A DNA stretch of 64,000 nt from Raillietiella orientalis. Its lineage: Eukaryota. Where the stretch lies: the NCBI GenBank assembly GCA_036172245.1, contig JAYWIR010000004.1, positions 2,480,001 through 2,544,000 of the forward strand, in the 5' to 3' direction. The translations under genes were made by a program, and so were the position numbers. Below, one piece after another: positions 61,901-64,000 of this stretch (within the stretch, counting starts at the first letter, position 1; every line of letters starts with the position of its first letter). A model generated the notes under the pieces. That model worked only from the letters and a program-made list of their open reading frames with translations, did not search any database and was not told where the DNA came from.

Positions 61901-63798
61901 AAACAACACAACACAGACACACAAAATGGGAATTTACACCACAAAAAATTACTTCCAAAGATGCAGAATGATTAAATTAGTTGCTGTGTGCAAACAGTCA
62001 ACCAATCAGCAACCTAATGCACAAATAATTTAAAAAATGCCTGCTGTGAAGTCTAATGATTCAACAAATTTACATACAAATTTGTACAATGAAAAAAAGG
62101 CAGGAATGATGCAAAATTATATTGAGTCTATATTTCAAGACATGACATTTTCCAAAATTTAACATGCAGGTATGTTGTACCAAATGTAAGAGTAAAATGC
62201 AAAATATATGCTCACTATGATAAAGTTTGTATGAAATAATAGAGAATAGAGAATAAGAAAATAATTAAATACTAAATGAATTCAATCAGTTATAAATCAT
62301 GAGGAAGAGTAAGTGCCATAACAACCAATAGTTCCATAGGCATTCCATTATGCTCCTTCATTTTCCTCTCTGTTTCAAACGAGTATTTTAATGCAAAAGT
62401 TCAATACGATAATATAAAAAACACATGTACATATACTATAAAAGTGTAAATGCAAGCAATACCAGGATCAAAAGTTTTGCTCGAACACACTGACGAGCCT
62501 AATTGCAATCAAAGGTCTTCAAAAACAGAAGAATTTTAATAATTTCAAATACAAGTCAACATACTAAACACACTACTCTTAAGCATAAGCATTTTAAGTT
62601 GTTACTATGTATGTTCAACGTGTATTTGTTGATTGTATGTGAAAACAAATATGCAGACCTATTTTGTTGTTCTTCAGATCCCAATTCAACTGAGTTATCA
62701 TTGAAAAACCACACTAAGTTAACACCATACTTGAACAGCAATAATAATAATTACAAAAACCAATGAACTAATTACACACGGAGAAACATCGATTACTTAG
62801 TTAAAAACATCTACATTTGTATGAAATGCATCAAAAATAGTTTCTAACGGGAATTTGTATTTTATGATCAAAAACTGCTATACTTTAATATTTTTAATTT
62901 TGTCTGTTACACTGGAAAATGAAAGCTGAAATCTCACCTGCAATTCACACCATGCCACATCAACACCAGTTTGAGTATCCAACCCCCTGAACACAGTTTT
63001 AAAACTACCACGCCCAATTTCTTCATCGAATTTCAAAAATCTACCATCGGGTGAACTTGCTACAGCTTTAACCTCATCATCTTCGTCTTTTTTTTCTTCA
63101 TGATCACCTGACTTCAGTACTCTAATTCCATTCTGGATATCGCTTTCTAAAAATTTTAGATCTTTATTGGGTTCAGCATTATTCAATAATGCATTTTCTG
63201 AGATATTATCACTGTCTTTAGGATGCATGTTATCAATGTGATCATTGTTTTTTTCATTTACTGAATAACACTTTTGAATCTGACTTTTTTCATATACACT
63301 TTTGTCATCACAGCATTCTGAAATACTCTTTCCTGCTACTATTAGGGATTTTGAAAGAACTGATGAAGTATTGCAAGCTTTTGGCACATCTTTTATATCA
63401 CTATCATCACTGAATCTACTACGCATAGTACTATCCTTGAGATGTCTTCTAAACCATATGTTTGACCCTAGGATATTCTTATTCTTTGTAATTCTCACCA
63501 TACAATTTTTAACATTACTTTTGAAATTTTCTTCATCCTGACGGCTTGCATTTAAATCATCACAGTTTGTGGGCAAACTGGTTGACTTGAATTTATCTAT
63601 TGATGATGAAGAAAACCTTCTTTGATCAAGGGGGAAACCTTTACTCATTTTGTGCGGGTTCTTGCATCGTTCTATGCTACTAACTGTTGGTTTATGATTC
63701 TTTTTGGATGCATAATATTTAATATCATTTCGAAAATTTTTTTTGGCTTTATGTATGTCTTCAAAATTGTTATCCGAGATATTTTTGTTTGTACCCAT
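46980..63798 (-). CDS. WNK: Serine/threonine-protein kinase WNK (with-no-lysine)
   Basis: Exons 63798-62938, 58213-58041, 57994-57774, 57619-57462, 57273-57185, 56393-56165, 56115-55938, 55835-55759, 55527-55228, 55184-~55020, ~54214-53830, further small exons, and a last exon ~47664-46980. Signatures: GRGSFKTV (Lys in subdomain I) with [42 protein letters not shown], the autoinhibitory/CCT-like [10 protein letters not shown], a second CCT-like [22 protein letters not shown] motifs (~53205, ~47950) and a C-terminal coiled coil [18 protein letters not shown]. The start codon and middle exons are less certain. Confidence 0.96.
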
Positions 63799-64000
63799 GT
63801 AATGTATCACAATCTTGTAGTAAGGAAATGATCAAAGAATTTGAAATAAAATGACTCACTGAGTATTTCTCTACAGAATCCTTTCGAACTTCATTTGAAT
63901 TTAACATAAATTGTTTATTATTACCGTGTCACTATATTTTGAACCCTCTGAAGCATTTTTTTTTTTTTTTATCACAGACACACTTATTTTGAAGGAGCTA

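Noticed and set aside
58214..62937. 4.7-kb first intron of WNK, searched for nested genes or ncRNAs
   Set aside because: AT-rich low-complexity sequence with only short spurious ORFs and a G-run at ~59344-59359; nothing supportable.
1..64000. Prokaryotic-type systems (CRISPR arrays, operons, defence islands) and tRNA/rRNA genes
   Set aside because: The window is spliced eukaryotic DNA; I saw no regularly spaced direct repeats and no cloverleaf or rRNA-like sequence.

Overview
Eukaryotic (invertebrate, probably arthropod) genomic DNA with two very different halves. Bases 1 to ~31 kb are GC-rich and contain no intact gene I can support. They are a graveyard of heavily decayed retroelements (L1/Tx1, RTE and RNase H-type LINEs, Ty3/gypsy, Penelope) plus host-gene fragments: a clear alpha-tubulin pseudogene and a tentative BRD8-like piece. 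From 31.8 kb there are three spliced genes: a pancreatic-lipase-family gene (+, 31795-44571, first coding exon not located), DMAP1 (-, 46535-44667, complete, 482 aa) and a WNK kinase (-, ~63798-46980). The most notable observations are: (1) the lipase needs a hidden exon in its lid domain, and the best candidate has two acceptors giving either a canonical-length 23-aa lid or a 51-aa lid; (2) a steep GC/GC3 gradient runs through the lipase gene (hand-counted GC3 ~92% to ~39%); (3) many introns are only 43-55 nt; (4) the three genes are packed so tightly that UTRs and promoter probably overlap; (5) there are two strong hairpins at 24.4 and 25.0 kb and a rearranged pair of gypsy-like copies. All calls come from manual translation and motif recognition; no database searches were run, and most transposon calls are low confidence. 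No rRNA, tRNA or CRISPR array was found, and I found no clearly novel system beyond these leads.
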